NCBI GenBank assembly: GCA_951406725.2
Contig: OX597824.1
Location: 46,934,001 to 46,998,000 of the forward strand
DNA length: 64,000 bases
Source: Octopus vulgaris
Lineage: Eukaryota
Direction of reading: 5' to 3'
The position numbers were made by a program, and so were the translations under genes. Of the stretch, positions 27,951 through 41,540 are shown one piece after another; position 1 is the stretch's first letter, and every line of letters starts with the position of its first letter. The notes beneath the pieces are model-generated. The model saw only the letters and a program-made list of their open reading frames with translations, did no database searches and was not told the DNA's origin.

Positions 27951-28276
27951 AATCAAACAAAATGGGAGAAAAAAAAAACAACGCGAGAGCGTGGTGCATG
28001 CTAAGTATTAATAGGATGCTCAGAGAAGTAAAGAAAGGGTGTTTTACAGGAGACAGGTAAGTCCAAAAGAAAAAGACGGAGGAAAAAAATTGCCAACAAT
28101 CCACATGCAGTTACATTTTGTAATATATATATATGATAGGCTCCCTCGTCGTATGGCTGTATATATACTTATGAATTGTGTGTGTAATGCTGAGCTGATC
28201 AATATTTTTTTTTAATATTCTATGACTGTAGAATCTTCAGTTTCATCTTGAATTCGTACGCAATTTTTTTTTTCAG

Positions 28277-28423
28277 TAACTAAACTAGAATGCCACTACA
28301 ACGGAAAAGTATACATAATTGGAAAAACATTCATGGCCATTGATAAATGTAATCAGTGCACTTGCAAGTACACTGGGGTTGTTTTATGCACCGAAAAGAT
28401 ATGCCCTCTCACGGAAATTGCAG
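28277..28423 (+). CDS. Exon/module 9: [49 protein letters not shown](G)
   Basis: ttttcag| acceptor, G|gtaata donor, 147 nt. The ORF track shows a different frame here. Confidence 0.88.
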
Positions 28424-28796
28424 GTAATAACTAAAAGATTCTTTCCAAATAGTTTTACTGATCACTGGTTAGGTTCTAATGCCCAACATCTCCCGCTTCT
28501 TCACTAGGGTTAAATGTCAATATGTCAGTCACTTTCTGTTTTATTCAGTGTATTCGGTGTTACAGGAAGAAATTATTGAAATTAGTCATTACAATATTTT
28601 ACCCCAATTTAGGTTTCATGTTTTTTGAAAATTGGAAATTATCAAATCAGACATTAGTGTGAGACAAAATTGACGTGGAGTCCAACAGAGAAAAGAATAT
28701 TGATTGTTAAACACCAAAAATTATCCAGATATCTTATTAGCAACCTCAATTACGATTGGATCAAAGTTGAGGAAAGATATTTGAAAAATAATAAGA

Positions 28797-29190
28797 CGCA
28801 GGAGTGGCTTGTGGTAAGTAGCTTGCTTACCAACCACATGGTTCTGGGTTCAGTCCCACTGAGTGGCACCTTGGGTAAGTGTCTTCTACTATAGCCTCGG
28901 GCCAACTGAAGCCTTGTGAGTGGATTTGGTAGACAGAAACTGAAAGAAGCCCGTCGATATATATATATATGTACGTATATATTTGTGTATCTGTGTTTGT
29001 CCCCCCCAACATCGCTTGACAACCGATGCTGGTGTGTTTACGTCCTCGTCACTTAGCGGTTCGGTAAGAGTGACCGATAGAATAAGTACTAGGCTTACAA
29101 AGAATAAGTCCTGGGATCGATTTGCTCGACTAAAGGCGGTGCTCCAGCATGGCCGCAGTCATATGACCGAAACAAATAAAAGAATAAAAG
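28797..29190 (+). mobile_element. SINE family A, full length
   Basis: Reverse complement of 183-569. Confidence 0.85.
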
Positions 29191-29420
29191 AATACCTCTT
29201 ACTTGACTATCTTTCAAACACTCTTAGCTTCAACAACAACTATGCTGACCACATTTTACTTCCAAAGATGAGGCACCTATACAAATTAATTGTGATTTGA
29301 TGGTTTCAAACAAGTAAAGAGAAATATCGAGAAATTATAAATTACGTATTTTACAACAATTACCAGCTTTGCTCCACTCCGATGGTAATTTCAACAGTTT
29401 GATGAATTGGAATATGACGA

Positions 29421-29498
<78 letters not shown>

Positions 29499-29499
29499 G

Positions 29500-30790
29500 T
29501 AAATGTTGACCGATGAAAAATAAGTATTCAACGCCACATTGGTGGATATAATTTCTTTATTTGTGAATTAAGGCTACCATTGTTTTCGTATCAAGAAAAG
29601 TAGGAAAATATCCTAGTGTCTTAACAATTTTTCAAGCCGATCACATGGAGAAATGTGTTCGCCACAACTTTGGAAAGCACAGCCTTGTTTAATTCAAATG
29701 AATAAAACAATGAATCTTGGCTGGCATCATTTGAATGATTTCTCCCTAGTATTTGCCTTTTGGGCAAATCGTTGTGCGGTCAATTTGTTTGCATTATTTT
29801 GTTTTTGTTCTGGATGTTGTGTTCTTATACTTGTGTGCTAAGGTAGTTCATCATTGGGGCATATTTCTTCTGTGTGGAATTTGTGTGCTATGTGTATTCA
29901 GATTTCACGTTCAAAAAAGGGGATATTCTGGTGAGATTACCGTCGTGGATGGTGGCTCTTGTTTGAAATATTGGAGCGTAAAGTATTATGTAAGTATACA
30001 AGGAGAGAAGGTTTCAGACCTAATGTCTAGGATGTTATCTGTTGATTGTATAATGTTTAATTTTTCAGAAATACAGAGTTCACGTTTGGTACCCGTTCTC
30101 TGTATTTTTTGGTTTTAGCAATAATTTTTCCATTCTGTTTGGGGGTTGCTTATTTCACTTTCTTTCAATATCCATATCGTATTTGACTGGGATGCTGCAT
30201 GTTTATTTTTATTTTGTCTCTGAATGACGCCAGATGTTATGTACACCTTTCCTTGAATGAGTTGCTCGTCATTCTGATATACGTCTTTGCTGCTCGTTGA
30301 GGTCCGTGATCTTGACCTTGTATACGAGTTCTTTCACGAGACAGTCGTTATTTAGAGGGCAGCGGTTGGAGGATCTACAGTTGCATTCTCTTTCGTGGGT
30401 GTTTCTGGTATGTTTTTATTTATTGTGATTGAGTATTATTGACCCTATATTGTGGAGGCAACTATAGATAACTTTAGCAGTATTTCTGTTGAAAAGTGGT
30501 TGTCTATTAGTTTTAAGAACTTCTTAGATATGGTGCTGCTTTTTTCAAAAGTGTTTTTGTCGACGGATAAATTGGAGACGCGCCTGCTAATGTCGTTAAC
30601 CAATTTTTAAAATTTCTGTTTGTGGGTGGTTGGGACCTATGTTTATGTACGAGGCTTCCTCGTTTGGTTTGTGGTAGGGTTTAAATTTTCCTATGTTAAG
30701 ATTCATGTTAATGTCTAGGAAGTTGACTTCGTTAAGGTTGATATTAATTGTGGTTCTAATTCGCAAAATATTTTGCATGTTTTTCTTTAT
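29500..30790 (-). mobile_element. Penelope-like element remnant
   Basis: EVNFLDINMNLNIGKFKPYHKPNE...YINIGPNHP, TAKVIYSCLHNIGSIILNHNK, CNCRSSNRCPLNNDC. Confidence 0.8.
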
Positions 30791-31392
30791 TCTTTACTCC
30801 TATATATATTGTATCTCTACTCTTGGATGCTCGTAGACATACCGAACTAAGGTAAAAATATGTTCTGTTTTCATTTATATCTTGATCGTAGATATATGTA
30901 TATATAACCGCGATCGATAACGCATAACTTAGTGGTGAGGTCGTTGCATTCACGATCGCAGGATCGTGACTTCAGTTTTTAGACCGAGTGGTGCGTTGTG
31001 TTCTTCACCAAAATACTTCCTCTAACGTTGCTCAGCGATCACTTCAACACCTCACGCGAGGTAGACATTGCACCTGTTCAGACAACGCTGATTTAATGGA
31101 GGGAGTGAGCTAATGTACAGTACATACACGTGATCACTATAAACAAACCAGTTGAACAGTACGTTCGGCTAAAGCTGGACACTCATACATCGCCTTCGAC
31201 AGGGAAGTCCATCATATATAGATATAAATAAATATATATATAATAGGCTCTCGTCGCAATATCTCAATATGTATGTGTTTATGTATATTTGCGCATGTGT
31301 AAAGCTGATCAATATTTTTGTTGTCATATTCTATGACTGAGGAAGTTCCAGTTTCATCGTTAATTGTACAAAACCTTTTTTTTCCTTTTCAG

Positions 31393-31539
31393 TAACTAAA
31401 ATAGAATGCCGCTACTACGGTAAAGTATACATATTTGGGCAAACGTTCATAGCCATAGATAAATGTAATCACTGCACTTGCAAGTCCACTGGAATTGTTG
31501 CGTGCACCGAAAAGATATGTTCTCTCTCAAAAACTACAG
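31393..31539 (+). CDS. Exon/module 10: [49 protein letters not shown](G)
   Basis: ttttcag| acceptor, G|gtaata donor, 147 nt. Not in the ORF track. Confidence 0.88.
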
Positions 31540-32879
31540 GTAATAACTAAAAGATTCTTTCCAAACAGATTTTGTTGATCACTAGTTTTAATGCGCAACA
31601 TCTCCAACTCCATGACGTGGTTTAAATGTCAATATGTCAATGACATTTTGTTTTATTCAGTGTGTTCACTGTTACAGACTAAAAAGTAGATGGGACGAGT
31701 AAAAAAACGGGAAAACACTTGTTCGTGTGAAATGAAAGACAGTCACAGTTATTAATGTTTATGTGGCAACAACTTGTATGGTTCTTTCCGTACAGGTTGG
31801 CCGTTCATTCTGCTATGTCGCGTGTATGCATGAGTATGGGTGTGTGAGTGTTTATGTAGGTATATATGAGTAAATGTCTGTGTGTGTGTTTGTGTGTGTG
31901 TGTGTGTTGTGTGTGTGTGCATTTGTGTGTGTGCGTGTGTGCGTGTGCATGTGTGAGTGTGTGTGCGTGCGGACGACAATGAGGATCAGTTGTTCCATCA
32001 GGTGGGTAGACTGCTTCTTAAGTTACGTTTAAGTGGTTGGGTAATCCGGAGAAACATGTGCGCTTAGTATAATTCTCAGACAGAATCAGTGACACGAACG
32101 GATGACAAGAATGTCCATTTTAGAATTGTAGGCACAATCTTCCATACAAGCTTCTGTATAGTTTCCCAATTTAAGTCACAGGGTAAGAGACGACATGATT
32201 CTGATAGGAAACATTTGGCCAATACTTCATGCAGTGTGATCGAAACCGGGATCTCGTTTTAAGAAGCTAACTTCTTAACCATTTTGGCCACACTGCGTCA
32301 ACTGTGTATGTGTTGTGCGCGCGCGCGTGTGTGTGTGTGTGCGTGCATGCAAGGAAGCGAGAGAGAGAGTGTGAATGCAGAAGAGAGAGAGAGCGAGGGA
32401 GAGACGAAGAGAGAGAGAGAGAAATAGGATCTTGGGATATGCAAGCAAAAGTTGTGTTAGATGACAGCCACTATCTCTTTCACAGCTGCCGATTGACCAC
32501 AAAGAAAAAAAAACGAGATCACGATAAGTTTTTCGATCAGTGACTCGCACGTACCGCTTGTCATTGTGTATTAATTCGTCAAGGAGATCAGAAGTCTAAC
32601 TTAAGGGAAAATTAAGAAAGCAACAATCGCATTCGATGCGCTCCAAATTACTTTCTAGTATCGATATCACCACGAATGTTCTGCCGCTCTTTCAAAGATT
32701 GTCTTCATTTTTTTTTTTTAATATAAATATGTGCATCATGAGAAGGGATTGTCTTGTCTGGCTTGAGCTTACTGTCTTTAACGTTGATACGAAGACAGTG
32801 TACTGAAAAAAAATTGTTATTGAATAATTTTGGAACGATAGCAGACAGAAATCATTTGCAAAAATGAGTCTCGGTATTC

Positions 32880-33388
32880 TCCCATTCCATACTCAAATCT
32901 TCGGTGATAATGGACTGGACTGAACCGTAACTAATCTACACATTCTCTGACAAATTATGGATGGCGATTCGACGAGTTTCCCTCACAACTGCACGCACAT
33001 CTGCGATGTTTTTCTCAGTTCTGCTGGTTGCAGGTCTCCCAGAACGTTCATTAATATCGACATCTTTTCGGCCATCTTGGAATGTCTGACCCACTCGTAC
33101 ACTTGTGTGCGGCTCATACACTCCTCTCCATATACTTTCTGCAACTGTGCGGAGACCTTTGAGCAGATATCACCATGACAACTTTCTCTGTCATGGTCAA
33201 TGCGACGATCACACGCTACACACCTTCCTTCCAAGCAGTGCTGTAAACAGCGGAAGTGAGCTAAAACTTTAAAACTTAGTGCGCATGCACAGCAAAATTC
33301 AAGATCACTCTGTGCCAAGCGGCTTTACTCTGCGTGCTTTAGCTTTGTTACTCTGGCAACTAGATACTTATTGATCATACCTCGAATA
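32880..33388 (-). mobile_element. mariner transposase 5' remnant (HTH)
   Basis: LQKVYGEECMSRTQVYEW and ERSGRPATSRTEKNIADVRAVVRE. Confidence 0.8.
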
Positions 33389-33389
33389 T

Positions 33390-33741
33390 ACAGGGTGATT
33401 CAGAAGTCTCCATATATAGGAAAAATTTATTTTTTTATAAGAAACAGTTTCTAAGATCCCCTAGATCCCCTGATATGACTCTTGATTTCTATCTTTAGGG
33501 GCATTTGATCGCGGAAAACTAAAAAAACATAAATCATTTGAAGGAATGCATCACCAACTCCTTTGCACAAATATCACCAGATGTGCTATTACGAGTTCAC
33601 AGTGAGTGGAGTAAACGTATTGCAGTGTGTATTCAAAACAATGGTACCCATATAGAGCCTGTTAAATAGAAAAAAAATCCTTTTCTTATAAACTGTTTCT
33701 TATAAAAAGATAAATTGTTCCTATGTATGGCGACTCTTGAA

Positions 33742-33748
<7 letters not shown>
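33390..33748 (+). mobile_element. Internally deleted Tc1/mariner-like element
   Basis: About 55 bp TIRs (CAGGGTGATTCAGAAGTCTCCATA...ATAAGAAACAGTTT and its inverse); internal HLKECITNSFAQISPDVLLRVHSEWSKRIAVCIQNNGTHIE. Confidence 0.8.
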
Positions 33749-33776
<28 letters not shown>

Positions 33777-33793
33777 CATATGTGTGTGTGTGC

Positions 33794-33847
<54 letters not shown>

Positions 33848-34025
33848 TGTTCCTTCTCGAGCCATGCCTGGCTCATAAGAGCCGGTTTCCCAATTTCCTT
33901 GGCGTATAGGTTCGCCATTAGCTTCTGGTGTTTCGCTCATAAACACACACATTGCCCGGTCTGAGATTCGAACCCGCGATCCCTCGACCGCGAGTTCGCT
34001 GCTCTAACCACTAGACCATGTGCCT

Positions 34026-34072
<47 letters not shown>

Positions 34073-34088
34073 AATATATATTTATGTA

Positions 34089-34120
<32 letters not shown>

Positions 34121-34199
34121 CACGCGCATGTACATACATAAATATATATCCCTGCATATACGCATACACATATACACATATATACATAAACATATACAC

Positions 34200-35260
34200 A
34201 CGTGCGGGCGAGCGTCGGGCTCCAAACCAATGCCGAAATTCTTCACGTGTAGAAAATCCTAGTTTCACGATGGTAACACCATTGTGTGTCTTTGGAGAAG
34301 AGTAACTTATAATCCAAATAATAAGACAAAGAAATTCTTCTACACATCTTCAATGACTTGTTACAATGGTTTCTCTACCAACTCTTTCTTGCAACGCCGT
34401 CATCAAAGACAAGGTGAGAATGTATGACGATTCTAGACAGGGAAATTCACAGTCTTTCCTCTCCACGACTAACCCACGTAAGACAGATAGTTGAAACTGC
34501 CAGTCCGGGACTCAATGCTCACTGCAGAAGGTTTAACGTAGTATACAAACGCATCGTCCACAACATATTACATAATTCTACTAGCTACTACATCAGATCT
34601 ACTATTAATTTTATACAGAGATATTCTGCACATCTGAACTCATGTAGATATGAAGAGCATAGCAAATCCACTCCCTAGCCAACCACATACACTATATGAT
34701 AAATAGGAAAATACCATATAGGATATCCTGGGCCATAATAGATTCTGATGTCCCATACCAAGACGGGCGCTCCACATGTGGACTCTGCCTGAAAGAAGCC
34801 CTCCAAATATAATTCATAATTCACCGCAATTACTCAATAAATAACACGAAGCATTTTCTGCATGCAGGCATAAGTTCTATCGCACCTTTAGATTCTTCCA
34901 TAGATCCAAATGCAAGCAAAAATCAACACATATAATACTTGTCTTTATGCATCCACGGTCATTCTTTAATTTTTAATTTAAATTTTTAGTTTTTAATTTA
35001 ACTTTTAACTTTTAAGTTTTGAATTTTTAATTTTTATCCTTTATTCATTTAATTGTAGATTTATCCTGTATATACCCCACTTAAGCTAGGCATCTCTTTT
35101 TATCTATCCCTACTGACCACTGACCACACCTAACCTAGATTTCATCTATTTAATAAATAGACATAAATACCTTCCACCTCCATTGGAATCTAACGGATGA
35201 CCAATTATAGCACTAACTCAGCGTACCTATTCGTTTAGATCACCAGTAAACTAAACCCCT
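34200..35260 (+). mobile_element. Penelope-like GIY-YIG 3' remnant
   Basis: LANHIHYMINRKIPYRISWAIIDSDVPYQDGRSTCGLCLKEA...ACRH, the same C-terminal pattern as the other PLE copies. Confidence 0.65.
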
Positions 35261-35322
<62 letters not shown>

Positions 35323-35363
35323 AAGATATATGTTATGTATATGTATGCATATGTATATATATG

Positions 35364-35460
<97 letters not shown>

Positions 35461-35477
35461 ATGTATATATATATATA

Positions 35478-35545
<68 letters not shown>

Positions 35546-35732
35546 CGTATATATGCTTGTACATACATATAGTAAGCTCTCCTCGTCACATCTGTATATG
35601 TGTAAGTCTATGTGTATTTGTGAATTGTGTGTAAGGCTGAGCTGATCAACATTTTTTGTTGTTATATTCTTTGAGTGAGGTAGCTTCATTTCCATCTTGA
35701 ATTTATGCACAACCTTTTTTTTTCCTTTTCAG

Positions 35733-35879
35733 TAACTAAAATGGAATGTCACTACTACGGAAAAGTATACTTAATTGGACAAACGTTCGAAGCCGTAGAT
35801 AAATGCAATCAGTGCATTTGCAAGTTCACTGGAACTGTTCTATGCACCGAAAAGATATGTTCTTACGCAAAAATTAAAG
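35733..35879 (+). CDS. Exon/module 11: [49 protein letters not shown](G)
   Basis: ttttcag| acceptor, G|gtataa donor, 147 nt. Confidence 0.86.
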
Positions 35880-36716
35880 GTATAAACTAAAACATGTTTT
35901 TCAAACAGATTTTATTGATCACTAGTTAAGTTCTAATGCACAACATCTCCAACTTTTTGACCAGGGTTGAATGTCAATACGTCAATCAATGTGTATGTCA
36001 TATTCAGTGGGTTTGCTGTTACAAACCAGAAACTGGAACGGACGATTAAAAATAGAAAAACAGTTGTTGGTATGACCTGAAACGCAGTCACAATTATTGC
36101 TTTTTATGTAGCAACAACTTGGTCCTTTCCATACACGTTGGCCATTGATTTTGCGATATGCAGTGGGACGTGCGTACGGGTGTTTGTCTATGCGGGTGTC
36201 TTTATGTGGGGGCAGTGTATAAATGTGGGTATCTATGTGTATGTGTGTTTCTATGTTTATGTATGTGCGTGTCTGTCTCTGTTTGTGTGTGTGAATGTAT
36301 AAGTGCGTGTGTGTGCATGTGTGTTCGGTGGATCTTCATCGGTCGAACATGAGGATTCACTTGTTCGATCAAGTGATTAATCTGCTTCTGAAATGACGTT
36401 TAAGTGGTTGGGTATTCCAGAAAAACACATACCCTTGATGTAATTCTAAGGCAAAATCAGAATGACACAAATATATGACGAACTACCTTTTGGAACTGCA
36501 GATACAATCCTCCTGGCAAGTTTCTGTATTGCTTCCTCACATACGTCAAAATTTATGGGTCAATCTGTGTCTAAGTCATTTGGGCAGGATGCCATGCACT
36601 AGGATGGAAACTGAGATCTCGTCTCTACAAAAATAACTTCTTAACCATTTCGGCCGAACTGTACCTACTCTGAGTGTGTGCACGCGTGTGTTTGTGTGTG
36701 TGCGTGCGCGCGTGTG

Positions 36717-36815
<99 letters not shown>

Positions 36816-37202
36816 ATGTAAGAGAAAGAGAGAAACAGATCGCGGCATATGCAAACAAAGGACATGTCAAGGTAACAGCCGTTATCTTTTACACCTGACG
36901 ATTGACGACAGCGTAAGTAAAAAAAAATGAGCTCGCAATAGGTTTTCCATCAGTGACTTGCACGTACCGCTCGTAAGAATTGCTTGTCCGTGTGTATGTA
37001 TTAGACAAAATAATTCCACTGTAGGCAATCTGTTACTCATTTTCTTGAGGTCGAAGAAAAAACTATCTTCTTAAACGCATTCTTGAAGCAGATCCGAAAA
37101 GAAGTGGCATTCGACCTGTGCTCCCAGTTATTCTTTTTATTATCGCGATCACTATTACATTTCTGTCAGTCTGTTTAGTGTTTGTTTTAATTTTTAGCAA
37201 TA

Positions 37203-38014
37203 TGTAGTGGATCTTGCAGGCATGAAGTAGATTCGATCCTAGATGGCCAAATTTAAATTAACACTTCAACAGCACTTTTCTCACAATAAAACAATAGTTT
37301 TTTTTGTGACAGCAGTTTACATTTGCCAGATGCCTTAGCTAAGGAAAATAATGTCTTCGCCACTTGACCCTTGTAACTTCTTATAATCCACCAAAAGATA
37401 GAATTAAGATAACAAGTACCACCAGCGAAATCTATAGTTCTCAACGATATGTCTATCCTTCTGGATAGACATATCCAGAACCCCCCAAGGAAAAGTCAGT
37501 TAGTGAGTTAGTGAAAACGGAGTCTGGCTGATCGGCTGAACAAAATGCCGTCTCAAAAGAAAAGGGCACAAAAGGAAAACTATGGTAACCCACCAAAGAA
37601 GCAGTTGTTTCGTCCCACACTCTCTCACTAGCTCACTTTATTTTCTCTTACAAAATCACTCTATTTGTATCTGTAATTACTACTACACAATGACGGGAAC
37701 ACAAACACAAACTATACAAGGAAAATCTACGACATCTATCTTTACTTCGCATGCTTTACGATTTTATCACCTGCCCGTCGAGGCAAGGTATTTTACAATG
37801 TAACGGTAAAATAAATATTTTCTTCACAACTCAATCACTATTCTTTCATCTTTACATAATGGCAATCAACGAAGAACCAGTCCTTACAAACTGATTACGA
37901 CTCCGACGTTCCATATTATTGTTTACAAATTAATTTCAACCGTTACAAAAAATAAACTTCTACCGTTACAAATTGGTGACTCAACCGTTACACTAATTAA
38001 ATTCTACCGTTACA
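37203..38014. mobile_element. Solo-LTR-like insertion
   Basis: TGT...ACA termini and 4-bp TSD AATA; absent from the paralogous position near 47230. Confidence 0.65.
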
Positions 38015-38960
38015 AATATATATCACTGCATCATGAGAAAGGAATGTCTTGTCCGGCTTTAGCCTACCATCTTTAACGTCGAGGCGAGGACAGTGTACAA
38101 AGAAATAGGTTTTTGAGCAGTGTTGAAATGATGGCAGACACGGAAGTCTGGCAGAAATGGGTTTCAGCGTGCTCGTAGCAGACAAACCTTTTCGATCACA
38201 GTCCAATCTGTCGTAACATTCGTCGTCAAGAACGTTGGACGCCTACCGCCATCTGTGCCAATCAATTATCATTGTTGATCACTGGAAACAAAGTAGTCTT
38301 GATAAAGGGGACTCTGCAACAGAAGGATTACCTGATCAAAACTGGCCAAAGCATCGATGGTATATCCAGGTACTTACAGCTTCATTTCCATCGGTAGAAC
38401 AAATATTTTCTCAAAGCCATTGGCTGGCTCGCGTTTCTAGTAGAAAACAATTGTTCACAGTGCCGTACAGTGGGACTGAAACAGAAACTACGTGGTTGCG
38501 AAGGAAACTCCTTAACCACAAAACTAAGCCTGATTAGTAAAATCTTGTAGATTGTAATATTCTTAGCAGACGCGACCTCTTGGTTTCACGCAATATTAAA
38601 GTGTGTGTGCACGTGTGTGTGTGTGCGCGCGCGCGTGTGTGTGTGTGTGTGTGTGTGAGTTCTGTCTTAAGGTAAAATTATGTTCTGTTACCATTTATAT
38701 GCCGATCGCGGTTATAAGTATATATAACCGCGATCGAGAAGGCATGACCAATTGGTGAGTGGTTGTACTCACGATATGTATATAGATGATAGGCTCTCGT
38801 CACAATATCTCTATATGTACGTCTCTATGTATATTTGTGTATATGAAAGGCTGAGCTGATCAATATTTTTGTTGTTATATCCTGTGATTGAGGAAGCTTC
38901 AGTTTCATCTTGAATCTAACACAATTTTTTTTTTTTTTTGCTTTTTAATCATTAAAATAG

Positions 38961-39095
38961 AATGCCTCTACAACGGAAAAATATACGTAATTGGACAAAC
39001 GTTCATAGCCATTGATAAATGTAACCACTGCACTTGCAAGTCCACTGGAACTGTTGTATGCACCGAAGAGATATGCTCTCTCTCAAAAACTACAG
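38961..39095 (+). CDS. Exon/module 12 (shifted acceptor): [45 protein letters not shown](G)
   Basis: The position matching the paralogous acceptor (38947-38948) reads AA. The next AG (38959-38960) is in frame and phase 1, giving 135 nt. Donor G|gtaata is intact. Confidence 0.68.
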
Positions 39096-39763
39096 GTAAT
39101 AACTAAAAGATTCTTTCCAAACAGATTTTGTTGATCACTGATTAAGTTCTAATGTGCAACATCTCCAACTTCATGACGTGGTTTAAATGTCAATATGTCA
39201 ATGAATTTCTGTTTTATTCAGTGTGTTTGCTGTTACAGACCGAAGTGCAATTTATTTAGGAAAGAATTACATTTGTGATTATATAAGAAAGGGCCCCAAC
39301 TATGGGAAAGTCAATAAAGAGATATATAAGAAATGTGTATAAAGTGGAAATATATCGTTGCTATTATGTTAAACTGGCGTATGTCCAAATTTGGCCAAAT
39401 ACGTTTTTTTTCAATATTTATTTTTGGTGCGATAGCAGGTTTTTTTCGTCAAACTATCGTATCCCCTGCTGCTTCAGGTGCCAGGATATCAAAAATTGTC
39501 AAAGTACAGTACAACGGTTTTGCTATGAAATAGTGAAACCTTTTCGTTTTCTGAAAAAAGTACCGTTTTGGACTTAAGACATATTGCATAATAGCAACGA
39601 TATATATAAGTGTGTGTGTGAGCATCTATGTACGTATGTATGTATGTATATACATATGCACTGTAAGGCACTCACAAATACAGAAAGACACACGCTCAAA
39701 GGCCCAGCACGCAGACACATATACATATACATGAATGTGTGTACCTAGACATCTATTCACACA

Positions 39764-39853
<90 letters not shown>

Positions 39854-40083
39854 CATACACGCACACGCATACACACTCACTCACACGCACATACACACAC
39901 ATACACACACATACACATATATTGTAAGAGGAGGGATATAATATCCAGGCAGATCAGATTCCGAATTTCTCTGAGTGAAAAGCTAAGGCTGGTTCCTTCA
40001 GATGATGCATTTTTGGGTCAACTTCCTTCAGCTTCCATCCGATGTTCCAGTTTATTTTTTGGCTACTTAGAGTGTAAAGTACA

Positions 40084-40735
40084 ATATTGTTAATAAGGAG
40101 AATGAAGAATTGGAACATTCAAACTTTATCTTTATTACAATTTAGTTTACTCATAATAATTGCCCGACACGCGCTTCTATCGCACTAACTGCATATTATT
40201 GCATATTTATATGCAGCGATTCATGCATTATTCGCTCATGCATTATTTGTATATACGTATGACGTTGTTTGAACAGAATTTTCCTCCGTTACTAGTTTGA
40301 ATTAGACTTGGTAGTAGTAGTAAACCATGATATTCTACGATGAGATGTTTTTTCAACTGATTCGGTGGGCAAAATTCAGTGTTTGTTGAAGTTGGCAAAT
40401 GTTCGTGGCTAGTTGGATAGAGGTTATTTATAGAATACTTATTTTTGATTGATTCTACATACTTTATAGTCTGATTGCATTTTGATAGTTTTCATTTTAC
40501 TTAGAAAAATAAATTAGTTAACATTAGACAAGAAAGAAGTTTTACTTGCTTACACAAACACTGTTTTCTTTGTGAAATATTTAAATAATAGAATGCATGA
40601 ATTTACATATTTCAATAAACTTTTTTCTCTAAACATAACTATCATAACTATAATAATAAGACGCATATAAAGAATATATGAATAGAATTCAGTTTATAAG
40701 ATCATATATAATATGACCGAAAAGCACTTTAAAAC

Positions 40736-40772
<37 letters not shown>

Positions 40773-41120
40773 TTAGAAGAATTTAAAATACAACTGAATA
40801 CTTCTTTTAATAACCACGTGGTTTTTACTACCTAGTAATTATCAGTTGAGAAAAACATCTCATCGTAGAATATCATGGTTTATTATTGCTACCAAGCCTA
40901 ATTCAAACTAGTAATGGAGCAACATTCCTCTTCGAACAATGTAGTATTTACATACCTTGAAGAAATCGTACTAAAAATGCATAAATCGTTGCATATAAAT
41001 ATACAACAATATGCAGTTAGTGTAGTCGAAATAGGGTCGGACAATTACTACGAATAACCTAACTGGAAATAAAGATAAAGTTTAAATGTTCCAATTCTTT
41101 ATACTCCTTATCATCAATAT
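40084..41120. repeat. Foldback element with about 280 bp diverged inverted arms
   Basis: 40084-40365 is the imperfect reverse complement of 40842-41120. Confidence 0.8.
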
Positions 41121-41300
41121 ATATATATATATACATACATACATACACCGAACACAACACACAACAATTGTGTACACATATATTCATATATATATACACA
41201 TATACTTACATATATATACACACATATATGCATATACATATACACGCATACACGTACATACATACATACATATAGGTACACACACACAGGCATATATATG

Positions 41301-41392
<92 letters not shown>

Positions 41393-41540
41393 AAATATAC
41401 CAAAGTAAGCACATAAATGTGAAACAAGATGGGAAAAAATAGTACTCGAATACCTGAGGTAGAGTAATATGCTTTAGTATTAAAGCTGCAAGAACATCAT
41501 ATTGTGATGTTTTTGCAGCTTTAATAATAAATTATATATA

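Noticed and set aside
35636-35925. Dscam-type docking/selector pairing between upstream CTGATCAA and downstream TTGATCAC flanks
   Set aside because: Complementarity is only about 8-9 nt and centred on the palindrome TGATCA; shared flanks are explained by duplication.
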